Positions 48,933 to 61,343 of a stretch of DNA of 64,000 nt are shown here, in pieces (positions within the stretch are counted from its first letter, which is position 1; the number at the start of each line of letters is the position of its first letter). The stretch is from positions 1,116,001 to 1,180,000 of the forward strand of contig NW_026250407.1 in the NCBI RefSeq assembly GCF_024521635.1. The letters run 5' to 3'. The stretch comes from Tricharina praecox. Its lineage: Eukaryota. Position numbers and translations under genes: made by a program. Below the pieces are notes generated by a model, which had not been told where the DNA came from, did no database searches, and saw only the letters and a list, made by a program, of their open reading frames with translations.

Positions 48933-51819
48933 ATGTTCGCGAACGCGCTAAAATCCTTCTCGTCGAACATCTCGGCCAACTACCACGAGAAGTCCGCCGC
49001 CCCCGTCTCCACCTGCGGACCCTGGAAGATCTACGATGCAAAGAAGAAGAAGACGAACCAACCGGTGTCGATTTTTGTGTTCGAGAGGAAGAGTCTCGAC
49101 AGTGGGGGCGGCGGCGGCGGGGGAGGTGGGAGGGGAGGCGGGAGAGACGGTCTCAAGGCGGCGCAGGAGGAGGTGGTGGAGAGGTTGAAGCGTGAGGCGG
49201 GAATGCTGGCAAGGCTACGGCATCCGTGTATTCTCGAACTTGTGGAGCCGGTTGAGGACACGCGGAGCGGGGGACTGCAGTTTGTTACGGAGCATGTGAC
49301 GGGGTCGCTGAGTACGTTGCTGCGGGAGAAGGATGAGGAGGAAAGGGGCGGCGGCGGCGGGAGGTACGTGCAGGACGACGAGGGGAGGAGACGGAGGAGG
49401 GAGGTCGAGATAGATGAGCTGGAGATTCAGAAGGGGCTGCTGCAGATTGGAAAAGCGCTGGAGTTTCTCCATGAGAGTGCAAATCTTATACATGGGAATC
49501 TCACGCCGGACGCGATCATGGTGAACGTGAAGGTGAGCACTGACTTCCGAAGCTCTTGTCATTCCGCGAAACCAGCTATGGGGCTTCAAACTGATTGCAC
49601 AACAAGTCGGATTGGAAGCTCTTCGGCCTCGGCTTTGCCATCCCCACGACAAATCCCACGATCCCACCGCAATTCGATCCGCGATTACCCGCGAATGTCC
49701 AGCTACAGCTCGATTATGTGGCGCCCGACCTCGCGCTCGACCAGATGCCCTCGACGTCATGCGATCTGTTCTCCCTTGGAATGCTCATCGTCGCGCTCTA
49801 CAACTCCCCACACAAGTCGCCGCTCGAAACGCACAACTCGGCATCTACATACCGGCGACTACTGAACTCGGCGCAAACTACGCCTAATGCATCAAACAGC
49901 TTCCTATCCTCGCGGCCACTCCCGCGGCAGCTTACCGGCAGCGTTCTCGCGCGACTGATCACCCGTCGGCCAGCGGGCAGAATAAACGCGAGGGAATTCC
50001 AGCAGAGCGAGTATTTCGACAACATTCTCGTTTCGACACTGCGGTTCCTGGATCAGTTCCCCGCCAAGACTCCGTCCGAGAAGGCGGCGTTCATGCGTGG
50101 TCTACCCAAGATCCTGCCGCAATTCCCGAGGAGCGTGCTAGAGAAGAAGATCTTGCCCGGACTCGTCGAGGAGCTGAGAGATGGGTCGTTGCTTGCCCTG
50201 GTACTGCCGAATATATTCTTGATATCCGAGCAGGCGTCGTCAAGGATGTTTTCGGAGAAGGTGCTGAAGAGATTGAAAGAGGTGTTTTTACCCGCCGGCG
50301 GTGCTCCGGCGGCTTCAACGGGCGACCATAAATCTGCTGCCGCGAGGGTTGCGGAGCGGGAGCGGGAAGCCGGGCGGGAGGGCGGGCTGACGGTGATACT
50401 TTCCAAACTAGCGCTCGTCAAGGAGAAGACCACTGCTCAGGAATTCAAGGAAGACATCCTACCTTTAGTATTCATCGCGCTGGACTCGCCCACACATACA
50501 CTGCAGGACATGGCGCTCCAGAGTCTTCCCATCATCCTGCCGAAACTCGATTTCCCTACGCTCAAGAATGAGTTGTTCCCTGTTGTCTCGACGGTCTTTA
50601 CAAAGACGAGCAGTCTTGGCATCAAGATCCGCGGGCTGGAGGCGTTCCGTGTCCTCTGCGGCGGCACTGGAAGCCACGGTAATGCGACAAGTGATGGCCT
50701 GGATGGGTTTCATGCAAAGAAGGGCAAAGTCCGCGGCGAGGAGGCACCAGTGCTCGACAAATACACTATCCAGGAGAAGGTCATCCCGCTTCTGAAGGGG
50801 ATAAAAACGAAAGAACCAGCGGTAATGATGGAGACATTGTCAGTATTCGACGAGATTGGGAAGACGTGTGATCGCGAGGTCGTTGCGATGGATATTCTGC
50901 CGACGCTGTGGACGATGAGTTTTGGACCGCTGTTGGGGTTGGAGCAGGTAAAATTCTTCGGGAAATGGAACGGCGGATGAAAGCTGACACCCACAAGTTC
51001 AAAGCATTCATGTCAAGCATCAAATCCCTCACCCAGAAAATCGAAGCTGAACAAATCCGGAAATTGCAAGAACTCTCCACCAGCGCATCAGGCGGGCAGT
51101 CGGCCGGGGAATTCCTCTCCTTCGGTGGAGCACCGGGTCTGAACGGCCGTGTATCGCCCAGTGGCGTGAGCGAATCCGACTTCGAAAGCCTCGTGCTCGG
51201 GAAGAAGGAGGCGCCTGTTAGCGACGGGTTTGCCTGGCAAGCTCCCGCAGATACAAATAGCTCCTCGTACCTGTCCCCGAGAGCCAAAAGTCCGCCCATC
51301 ATCATCGGTGCGCAGAAGTTTGCGTGGTCTTCGCCGAGTCCGACGATTCCGAGTGCGTCCTCAATGGGCGTCCTCACACCCTCATCCGCACAGTCGGCCC
51401 AGGTAAACCCATTCTCGGCGTTACGACCAGCTGCATCCACATCAAATACGATGGCCCCACTACAACCCAGCATGAACGGCGGATTCGGCTCAACAATGGC
51501 GGCGCGCACTCCATCCGCGCCTCCCGCGCAACCCCAGGCCGGTGGCAGCGTCGACTGGTCCGCGGTTACCAGGCGAACACCCGCACCGGCATTATCATTC
51601 ACCGCGGCTCCCATTGCCGCAAAACCGAACCTGTCTTTCCCGGCACCTCCGGCACCGGCAGCGCCAATGAACCAAATGATGTCCGGCCTGAACCTGGGCG
51701 GTAGTGGCGGGTTTGGAGCGAGCAGCGGCAGCAGCAGCACTACTGCGGGGATAAGAAAGGGCGGCGGAATACAGCTGACCAACTTCGGCGCGCCAATGGG
51801 ATCCGCTTCCATCCCCAGT

Positions 51820-51854
<35 letters not shown>

Positions 51855-51972
51855 TTTTGCACAACCGCCGCCGCCGGGGACGTTTAATATGGGACTGGGG
51901 ATGAATTTTGGTGTGGGGACGAAGAAGGCGGAGGAGAAGAAGGGCTTGGATGCGTGGGAGAGTCTTCTATGA
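48933..51972 (+). CDS. SCY1: SCY1-family pseudokinase with HEAT repeats (Scy1/Ppk32/SCYL2)
   Basis: MFANALKSFSSNISANY...GPWKIYDAK...LKREAGMLARLRHPCILELVEP...DELEIQKGLLQ...HGNLTP/DWKLFGLGF...KTKEPAVMM...KKGLDAWESLL*. Confidence 0.93.
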
Positions 51973-52314
51973 TGTGGATACGTGGATGTGTAGAGTACCT
52001 AGGTGGAGGGGGGTGTGGATGTCTTTTGTGCCTGCGATTGCTTTCAGCGGGAGTTTGTGAATTCGTTTTTTTTGGAGGCGTAATTATTGGTTCTTCGGCT
52101 GCGGGCCGGATGCGATTGTTATGTCTCTTGTTGATATCGAAAAGGTTAATCTAATAGAACGGCAGACGGTTGGATGTCGGTGTGAAAATGGAATGGAATC
52201 CTTGAGCCCTCTCCCTGGGTGTTGATGTGGCTGAGCGTTGGCTGTGAATCGGCTTGGGATTGATGGATGGTGTATCACTCGACCTCCACAAGCCCCCATA
52301 TATTGCTCTTGACC

Positions 52315-53110
52315 ACATTACCGCCCCTCCGCCGAAGGGAACCCGAGATCACCATCGAGATCAGGTGGTGCCCGGCCCACAAAGGCATCTCTGGGAACGA
52401 CAAGACTGACGAACGAGCTACGCTGGCAGCCGACCACCCCACCGGTCGAGGAGCGAAGACTCTCTCGGCCGATACGGAACCAGACTATTGCCGCCACGCG
52501 CGCTCGCACACCTAATCACGAACAAGAAGTACCGGTATGTACAGCCAGAAACCGGCCCCGAACAGCCGCCCCCGATGTCCGGTGCGGATGGTGTCGCTAC
52601 ATACAAGACCCAGATTCGAGAGCACCTCTTCAAGTGCTGTCCCGAGTGGAAAAGCCAGCGGAAGATCCTGTGGGTAGAGGTTCGGAAGGAGACAGAGACA
52701 GGGGGGGCACGATTCGCCTCAAAACCCGAGACCTCTTCGCAGACGAGCGGTGCAGGTGCGGAGAGAAGGAGAAGGGCGCCGAAGTTGAAGAACCGGGGCC
52801 ACTCGCTGTTCCTCCCCGCATACCCTCCTTCATAGCATCTCTAGGGTCCTAACGAAGAGGCAGGCAGGGACGAGGCGGAATGAGAAACGGAGTTTCTTTT
52901 TCCTGCATACATAGCTTCATTTCCTTGGTGAGGGCTACATGTATCTTTGGGAAAAGGCCAGGACGGACTCCAGAGGGCAAGGGAAACCACGACGGGCCGT
53001 CTGGCAGAAGTCGGCTTGGACAGTGGGCAGTAGACTTGGAAACGGGGTGTGGATATTGTCATGATCTAGACACTTAGGTCGCAAGTAAGTAATGATTAAA
53101 CAAAAAAACA
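52315..53110 (+). mobile_element. 5'-truncated, decayed LINE (Tad1/I-type, RNase H-containing) with 13-bp TSD
   Basis: RNase H C-terminal motif IEIRWCPAHKGISGNDKTDERA; His/Cys knuckle remnant REHLFKCCPEWK; RDLFADERC; A-rich tail. Direct repeat attgctcttgacc at 52302-52314 and 53111-53123. Confidence 0.88.
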
Positions 53111-56082
53111 ATTGCTCTTGACCGGCGCCGATGTCCTAGTATATCACGGTGCTATCCACATCCATACCGATTCCAAGCCTCATCGCCTGTCCTCTTTGTA
53201 GATATTGTCGAGGAGAAGAGATGGGAGGAATGAGGTTGTTGTCGTTGTCGTGTGGGTTATGATACGTGGGCCTTGGAATGATAAATATGAGTATCGAGAG
53301 TCGATCCGTGATTGGAATTGGAATTGGACCGCACTGAGATGGGTGATCGGATTAATCATTAAGGTACGATTGGGACAGCCGCTTAGACGGGCATTAACTA
53401 TGGTTGATGGAATTCGGAATATAATCAATAGACATCACGAGTCTGAATGGGCACACTGAAGGGTATGGTCCCTGCCGGTATTTGGTTTTTGTTACAAGTG
53501 TCATCCGGGAAGCATTGCAAGAGTCAATCAACTTACACAGTTAGAGTCATCGAAGAAATGACTATAGTCAATGAGCAGGAATGACCCTGGTCACCGAACA
53601 GGAATGACTGAGCAAACCCGCAAGACTTCCGGTCGCCTTGGCCGCCATCCCCCCCTGCCCCTGCCTCTGCCCCTACTCCTCCCCCTGCTCTTAGTTAACG
53701 ATCCATCATCACTACAAACTACTACCCCGCTCATCGGATTCAGGTACTCTAGCTCACGCTCTTCTTCTCGCCGGTTAAAACATGCCATGATCTGGAGAGA
53801 CCGAATGCGTTGAAATAAACAAGAAAGCTCTCTCTTTTTCGCATAGGCTGAATACCAGTGAATATGACCAGACAAAAAACGAAACTCTTTCCACATATCG
53901 CCGGCCTAGTCTAGGCTGAATGGGAGTAAATATGAGGAATCAAAAAAACGCTCTCCCTTGAGCACCAAGTAAGCTCAATTTTGCTAGCTCATCGGATCCT
54001 ACTGGTTCTGTTTTACGGTAGTCTTATTAATCATCTCCAGATAAGCACCCACCTACCACCGAGGCGTTTCGTCAAAGCCGAAAACAAATTGCAGAATCTC
54101 AACCGACGGCGATATGTACTCTCCGTCTTCTTGGAACAAATCAGTGGTCAGTATGAATAGCAAGCAACCTCAAAGGTTCTATTCTACTGTTTTCTACACC
54201 AGCGAACTGGTGGGTTTTACTAACACATGACTATGCCGTAACAAACTATCGGATTCCCAACCGTCTCTCCCTCCCCCACTCCGTGTTGAGACTCGCCTGA
54301 TGGCGGACATCCAGGATCGGGGCCTCTCGCGTCGGTGCGGTCCCATCGATTGCCGATATCTCTGAAGAGACAGGCACAACTTAAAGTAGGTATTAGAGGA
54401 CCAGACGGATGGCCCCAGAACATGGCGGCTGCCCCGCACTCCGCATAGTTATGTACTCGGCCCGCAGCCGGAAAAGATACATACGGTACATACCTTTGCA
54501 AGAACTGGGACATCACTGCTCGATGTCTCGCCCTTTGATCGTCTCCGGTAGTCGCATCCGTCTCTTCTGACTCCGGCAACCATCTCTTCCGGAGATCGAG
54601 GCAAGGGGGCGGGGCGGGGGCATTCGGTCGCGCGGGGGTAAGTGCATCGCGCGAGTGGTTGGTGCATTTCGACGGGCCGTCGTCGATACTCGAAACTTTA
54701 ACATGGCGGAGACAGGTGTGATAGATAGTCAAACATCTCCCGCGAAGCCGGCAGAAGCGGGCGACGGTGATCGGCCTGAAGAATTGCTGCCTCCAACTCT
54801 GGAGGAGGGCTACACTAGTGCCGTGACTATGGGCCTGGACGACGCTCGCATCTTATGTACCGATTGTACCTTGCACCCAGGGCGGTAACTACTCTACTTA
54901 CATGCACGAGTGAGCGCGCTGGCGGACTCGTCCAACGCACGCACTCCGCTGATGGACGCGTAGAACAACCAAAACGTCCACAGGTTTCGGCTGAAATATC
55001 TACAGCGTGCATTTGGCCTGTCCCCAGATAGTCCGACGGCGATTTTGAGGCGTGAGTAGGGCAGACGCAGCAAAGTGCATTCTCGCTCTCAACCGCGTTT
55101 CATCGTGGACGGAAGGTGAGCCCCGCGGCTACTAGTTATGGGCACGGTGGGTGGGGGTTGGCCAACGGGAAAAGGGAGGAGAGAGGCGGTGCGAAGCTTC
55201 CCGTCTCGGCCTTAGCCATTCCAGTCGCTCATGTCCGTCCTGCTCCGCTCGTAGTCCATACGTCATGGGTGTTTCTGGGCATTGTTACGCAGCAGAATAT
55301 GGATAGTGGTGTTTATGTATGCTGGGGGGTTGGTTGGCGGGGGAGGAGGCGATCTGCTCGGTCGGCCTCTGGAGGGGGTTGGGGTGGGTGTTTGAGCGGA
55401 GAGGGAAGGAGGTGGCGATTGGGCGGCTGTGGCCTGCGGTTGGCCCGACAACGCCGCACAACACCGTCCTCAATGCGGGCTAACCTAGGACAGCTGGTTG
55501 TTGTTTGCTGCGAATCGACATCGAGTGAGAAGCGTGAGCGAATAAGGCCAACACAACGCAACCCGTACCCATACCAGCCACCCCAACCTCCCTCTTCACC
55601 GCAAAAATCAACAGACGCCAGGCTCCGCTGCTGTTGCTGCTGCTGTTGCTGCACCTTTCCCTCCCTCCTTCTCTCTCTCTCTCCCTCCCTCTCCCCTCCG
55701 CTTTGTTTCGCTCTGTTCTGTCTCCCTTTTTACGCTACGACCGTCACGTCGACAGAGATTCACGACAACAACAACCACTACCACAATCCTCTCTCTTTCC
55801 CCATCGAGACTCGAGTCGAGAAGCAGCTGCCGCTGACCTCCACCCCCTCCACCACCCACCACCACCACAACATCAACACCCTCCCAATCCTTACTCCAAC
55901 ACCTCCCAACCCCCTCCCGTCCACACGAACACCTCACCACTCTTAATCTTCGTCGAGTATTTTGTTTCTCGTCCAGAGACACGTCCTGAAGAGAGAGAGA
56001 AACGAAAAGAAAAGAAAAGAAGGAAAAATAGGCGTCGCTTTACTCACACCCCTCTGCCCGCTCAAAAAAATAAATCATCACA

Positions 56083-57183
56083 ATGCGGTTACAACAGATC
56101 GCCAGCTTGTCGCTGCTGTCGCTCGGCCTGTTGACACGATATGTCGCTGCGAATCCGGTGCCGAATGCGTTGGCTTTCGCGGAGGCCGTTCCACAGGATG
56201 CTTGTCCGATAGACTGTGGCTCCATCTGTTGTACATTGTCCCAACATTGTGCTTCGACCAGCACCTGCGGTGAAGGAGCCGCGGCGGTGGAGGACGGGTC
56301 AAATGTTTTCACATCTACCTTCCTCATCACGAGAACTGAGGCGGCAGTCATTACGTCGTTGGTGGTGTTCACATCCACCGGTGCTGTTGCAACCGGAACC
56401 GGAACTGCTGCGATGCCAACTATGGGCATTACCACGGGAGGATCCGTCATTGTCCCCTACCCGACGTGAGTATTTGCAACACGACCCGTCAAGTGAATTC
56501 GTTACTGACTGATGGCATGCAGGCTACGCCCTAGCGGAACTAATACTTTCCTGGTCCCTATCCCGTCGGGTACTGGCTTCAATGATGTCGGCATCATCGG
56601 CGGTGGAAGTTCCGACGGCGTCGCAGCGGGAGCGGCCGGAGGCCTCACGCCAGCGCAGATTGGAGGAATAGTCGGAGGTATCCTTGGCGCGTTCTTCCTC
56701 ATCGCCCTGATCTTGATCTGCTGCTGCATGCGCCGCGGCTTTAACGGATTCGCCGGCTGGATGAACTCTTGGGGACACAAGGAGACGACGCACACTGCCG
56801 CCGGTGGCGCCGCCGCTCACCACGGCCACAGCGGTGCGGGAGCGGCCGCAGGGGGCGGCATGCTCGGTTACCTTCTCGGCCGCAAGAGCAGCACCCAGCA
56901 GTCAAGCGGTCACCACGTGGTTGCAGGAGGCAGCTCTGGCGTCGCGAAGAAGACGGGGATGGCAGCGCTCCTCGGTGGAGCGGCAGCCGGTCTCACTAGC
57001 ATCTTTGCGAGCCGAAGGAAGACGCGCATGTCGGAGAAGTACTCCACCACGGATATCTCGAGCGGCTACTACACCAGCGACATTACGTCCAACACCACAT
57101 ACACGTCCGAGAGCACATCCGACTCCAGCTCAAGTTCCAGCTCCAGCTCCGAGAGTGGCCATCCACACCACGGTCGCCATTAA
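56083..57183 (+). CDS. Type I membrane protein (signal peptide, small Cys-rich module, S/T-rich stalk, one TM, Gly/Ser-rich tail), 2 exons
   Basis: MRLQQIASLSLLSLGLL...AANPVP; CPIDCGSICCTLSQHC...C; intron 56466-56522; GLTPAQIGGIVGGILGAFFLIALILICCCMRR, a Mid2/Wsc-like TM with a palmitoylation-type Cys run. Confidence 0.8.
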
Positions 57184-57967
57184 ACTTTTGCAGAGTCATG
57201 TCATGCGTGGGACAGATTGTAAAATGGAAATCTTGTTAGCATCGGTTGGGTCTGCATCTTTTGATTTCTGATTTTTTTTTCCTCTGATGTTGTGGAGCGG
57301 TTTGGTTCTTTTTTTTTCTTTCTCTTGGTGTGGCTGGGAGGCTTCCTTTTTTGTTCAGTGGGAAAGCGTGGAGAGAGAGAGAGAGGGGGGAGGGAATGGG
57401 AAGTGGTTGTCAGATGTGTTTTCTTTTTCTTTTTTGCTTTTCCGGCGTAATATCCCCCCCTTTTTTTTCTCCAAGTTACGATTTCGATGGTATATATGTT
57501 TTTCCTTTGTTTGTGCACACGATTACAATCATTACATCTTTGACCCAGTGGATGGCGAGTTACGATGGAATGGATGATGATTGGGTTTTTTCTGGATGTT
57601 TTTTCTTCTTCTTCGGTGGGTGGATCTAGGGATGGTCGGTGGTGATGGCGGCGATGATGACGGTGACGGTGCGGCGGCTGTGATGAGGATTTGTTTGGCA
57701 TGTTATGTACCTAGGACGCGTTGGATGTATGTACGTAGATCGTGAAAACTTTGGTGGATTACACTGCACTGCACCGGAGCCGGAGTTGACACGACACGAC
57801 ATGTGGCCTTTTTCCCTGGGGAAAAATTTGTGCTGTGCTGCAAACCTGCAAACCTGCAAACGGAGCAGCGGGGAGGCCAATGACGATGATGGTTTTGCGA
57901 TGAGTTTTGAGGAGGTGATGATGTGGAACCAGCGGGGCGTACATACACACCTACCTGCCAACGTAGC

Positions 57968-58010
57968 ATATGTACGATATGTACGATATGTACGATATGT
58001 ACGATATGTA
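57968..58010. repeat. (ATATGTACG)n 9-bp tandem repeat
   Basis: About 4.5 copies read directly. Confidence 0.9.
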
Positions 58011-58619
58011 AGGTAAGGTGCGGGAGTGCACACGGTTACTTGGTTATGGGCTATGTATGTGCGGCGGGTATGCCAGTGCGGGTAGATATGCAGGTACGCA
58101 GGTACGCATTTTTTTTCCTGCGTGATCGTGTGTGACTTGACTGCGGGGCTCGGCGGGGGGTTGAGGCGGGGGGCGGGGAGAGAGAGAACATCAATTTATA
58201 ATGCGGGGGCGGGGGCGGGTCGGGTGAATTTTGATGGCGGGGGGGATGAGTGAGTGCTTGTGATTCGCTGGATAGTTGCAGTTCAAGCGGAGGAGGCGGC
58301 GCTCGCGGCTGGACGTCGGACGTCGGATTAGTCTTCAGTGGTAGGGTTTGGCTACGTAGAGCTGGCGAGCACGGACGCCAGCACGGACGCGAGAGGGGGG
58401 ATGTCGTTGGGCCAATGTCGGCGGACGGATGACGGTTGGCGGGCGGCGGTTGGCGGGCGACGGGTGACGTCGACGAGTCGCTTGGTCGGTCTCATTGAGG
58501 GGGTGGGGTTGGCGGTGGAGGAGGTATGGACGGGATTGACGGGATGGGATTGGAAGGGGAGTAGTGAGTAGCGAGTGTGGATTGGATCGTGTGGGGGGTC
58601 GAGCGTCGATGTCCAGCGT

Positions 58620-60300
58620 CAATGACTCGACTCGGCTTGGAAAGGAGGGAGGTCAAGTCTCCAACGAAGATGGGACTCGGGAGTATCAACGGAAGGTTGA
58701 GACTTGGTCACTCGACCGTAAATAGCAAGTTGAATCTTGGTCACTCGACCGTAAATAGCAAGTTGAATCTTGGCTGCGGATTATGATCATTCGAGTTTCA
58801 ACCGTAACTGGTGGTTCGGATGCCATAATGAATCATACCTACGCCAACAGTGGAAGCAGTGGAAGCAGTGGAAGTGAAACGACCGTGAATGAAACGGCGA
58901 GGCGTGAATGGCGCTGGGAAGTTGGGCTCGAACCGTGAATGAAACTTGGCTATGAATGTGACATCAAAAGTGAATGGCGCGTGAGCTGCGAATGGGAAGT
59001 CGAGGCTAGATATGTACTGCGAATGGGAGGCCGATTGGAGCTAACTGCGAATGGGAAGTCGAGGCTGCTATAGACATCTGCTCCAATTACTGAGAGCGGA
59101 TCGTCAACCATGAATCAATAGCCAGGAAACGCGATGTTGAATGCCTCCAGCCGTCGAAGCACGACGTCGGCCTCCCATTCGTGGCCGAGTATAGTACCGT
59201 ATCGAGTGAGAACGGGGGAACTCGACTGTGAATTGGAGCCCAGCCTCCTATTGATAGGTACCCTCATCTTCCTTGGAGACTCGACTTCCCATTCGCAGTC
59301 AGACTCGACCGCGAACAGCAAGTCGAGTCTCGCGCATGAAAGCGAAGTCGAGTATGGACCCTCGGAGTGCGAGGAGGAAACCCCGACTCGACGGCTGCGT
59401 ACTGCGTACTGCGAACGATGACTCGACTCGGCTTGGAAGGGAGGGAGATCGAGTCTCCAACGAAGACGGGAGTATCAATGAGCATTGGGAGGCATGAACT
59501 CCACCGCCAGTAGGGGCATCGAGTCTCGCGTATGAACAGGAAGTCGAGCAGCAGTGGACCCGAGTGCGATAGTGAGATGAGGAAACCCGACCAGACTCGA
59601 CGGCTGGTAGGTACTGTTAAAGATGACTCGACTTGGCTTGGAATGGAGGGAGAGAGGTCGAGTCTCCAACGAGGATGGAACCCGGGGGTATCAATGGGCA
59701 TTGGGAGGCCGAAACTCGACCGCAAATAGCAAGTCAAGTCTCGCGCACGAACAGAAAGTCGAGTACTATATGGCCCCGAGTACGACGAGGAAATACCGAC
59801 TCGACAGCTACGTAGGTAGGTACTGTGGACGAAGACTCGGCTTGGAATCGAGGTCAAGTCTCGACCCCCAAACGAAGATGGGAGCGAATCTTGGCTGTGA
59901 TTCTGTGAATGAGTATTCGAATTTCAACCGTAACTGGTGATTCGAATGCCATAAACAATGAATCATACGCCAACAGTAGAGGCAGTGGGAGTGAAACGAA
60001 CGTGAATGGAACGGCGAAGTGTGAATGGCGCTGTTAACGGGCCTGAATTGTGAATGAAACTTGACCGTGGATGTGACATCCAAAGTGAATGGCGCGTGAG
60101 TTGCGAATGGGAAGTCGAGGCTAGACATATACTACGAATGGGAGTCCCAGTATTGTATCGAGTATGAGCGGGGGAACTCGACCGTGAATAGGAACTGAGG
60201 TGAATGGGAAGTCGAGGCTACTATAGACATCTACCCAAGCCGATTACTATGAGCGAATCGTCCACCACGAATCAGCAGCTTGGAAACGAGATGTTTTATT
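58620..60300. repeat. Higher-order repeat array (about 205-bp units plus a duplicated block of about 370-400 bp)
   Basis: gactcgact(c/t)ggcttggaa at 58624, 59420 and 59625, with a shortened copy at 59834. Block 58765-59135 recurs diverged at 59886-60295. A 33-bp tandem occurs at 58703 and 58736. Confidence 0.85.
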
Positions 60301-60705
60301 CACGACTCAACCCAACTCAACTTTATCGAGATGCGCGAGTCCGCCGCGGCGTGGCCATGACTTCGCTTCTTGACTCGACCGATGACGGCTCGAGCTCCTA
60401 TGCTGGTAGGTATCACAACCACGATTGGGGAGTCTCCACCCATAAGTTACAACCGGTCAATGCGGGAACTAGGCAGGCTTGGTGGCGACGACAACGAGAC
60501 CGCCGTGGAGCTGGGGCTGGGGATGAACTGAATTCGATCGGATAATTAAGAAGTATGGTGGTGCTTTAAGTGATGATATCCAAGCACCTATTGATAATGA
60601 TTGATCCCTCCAAAAAGATAAAAATAGGTATTACAAAAGTGGTGTTGATGTTGCGTGAAACCTGCTGCTGTCACGGGGGGCGAGACCGGCACTGATTCTG
60701 AGAAC

Positions 60706-61047
60706 GCTTGGACTGTCAACAGCACCTTAGTTTCCCATTCAACGCCGCCAACAAGCCAACAAGCCAACAAGCAAGAAGGTAACCAAGGATGAATGGCATG
60801 TCAAGGTGAGATTGAGTGATGGGCAAATCTACTACATATAACGGTACCGGAGTCACTCGGAAAGATGTGGAGAAGGGGGCTTGGATTGTCAACAGCACCT
60901 TGAATTCACATTCCCATTGAGCGCCGCTGCCAGCAAGCAAGCAGGTAACTAAGGATGAATGCTGAATACTCCGTCAGGGTGAGATTGAGTGACGGACACC
61001 CCCACTACGCACGGTAGTGGAGTCACTCGGAAACATGTGGAGAAGGG
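60706..61047. repeat. Tandem duplication of about 172 bp
   Basis: gcttgga(c/t)tgtcaacagcacctt...ggtgagattgagtga...ggagtcactcggaaa(g/c)atgtggagaaggg occurs twice. Confidence 0.85.
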
Positions 61048-61241
61048 AACGGGAGCTTTCCCCCGATCATTCGATGGTGCATACGATAGATCGCCATACC
61101 CACAACCGACTACATACGATGACTAACTGCCGGACCGCTCACGCTCACGCTCTCCCGTCGATCGGCATGCAGTAGGAGGAAGAAGAAGAAGAGGAGGAGG
61201 AGGCGGCGGCGGCGGAGGACAGAGCACTCGACTACCTATGT

Positions 61242-61343
61242 GGAGTATCTAGATAAGTAGAAAGTAGCCAGTAGGAGTATCTAGATAAGTAGAAAGTAGC
61301 CAGTAGGAGTATCTAGATAAGTAGAAAGTAGCTAGTAGGAGTA
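61242..61343. repeat. 32-bp minisatellite x3
   Basis: ggagtatctagataagtagaaagtagccagta at 61242, 61274 and 61306. Confidence 0.92.

Noticed and set aside
53180..55000. Short ORFs after the LINE (53591-53896, 54220-54732 and others)
   Set aside because: No family motifs and no coherent exon chain.
55116..55982. ORFs upstream of the membrane protein gene
   Set aside because: Low-complexity translations of microsatellite-rich promoter and 5' UTR sequence.
58620..61343. CRISPR-like interpretation of the repeat arrays
   Set aside because: The context is eukaryotic, the sequence between repeats is itself homologous rather than unique spacers, and there are no cas genes.
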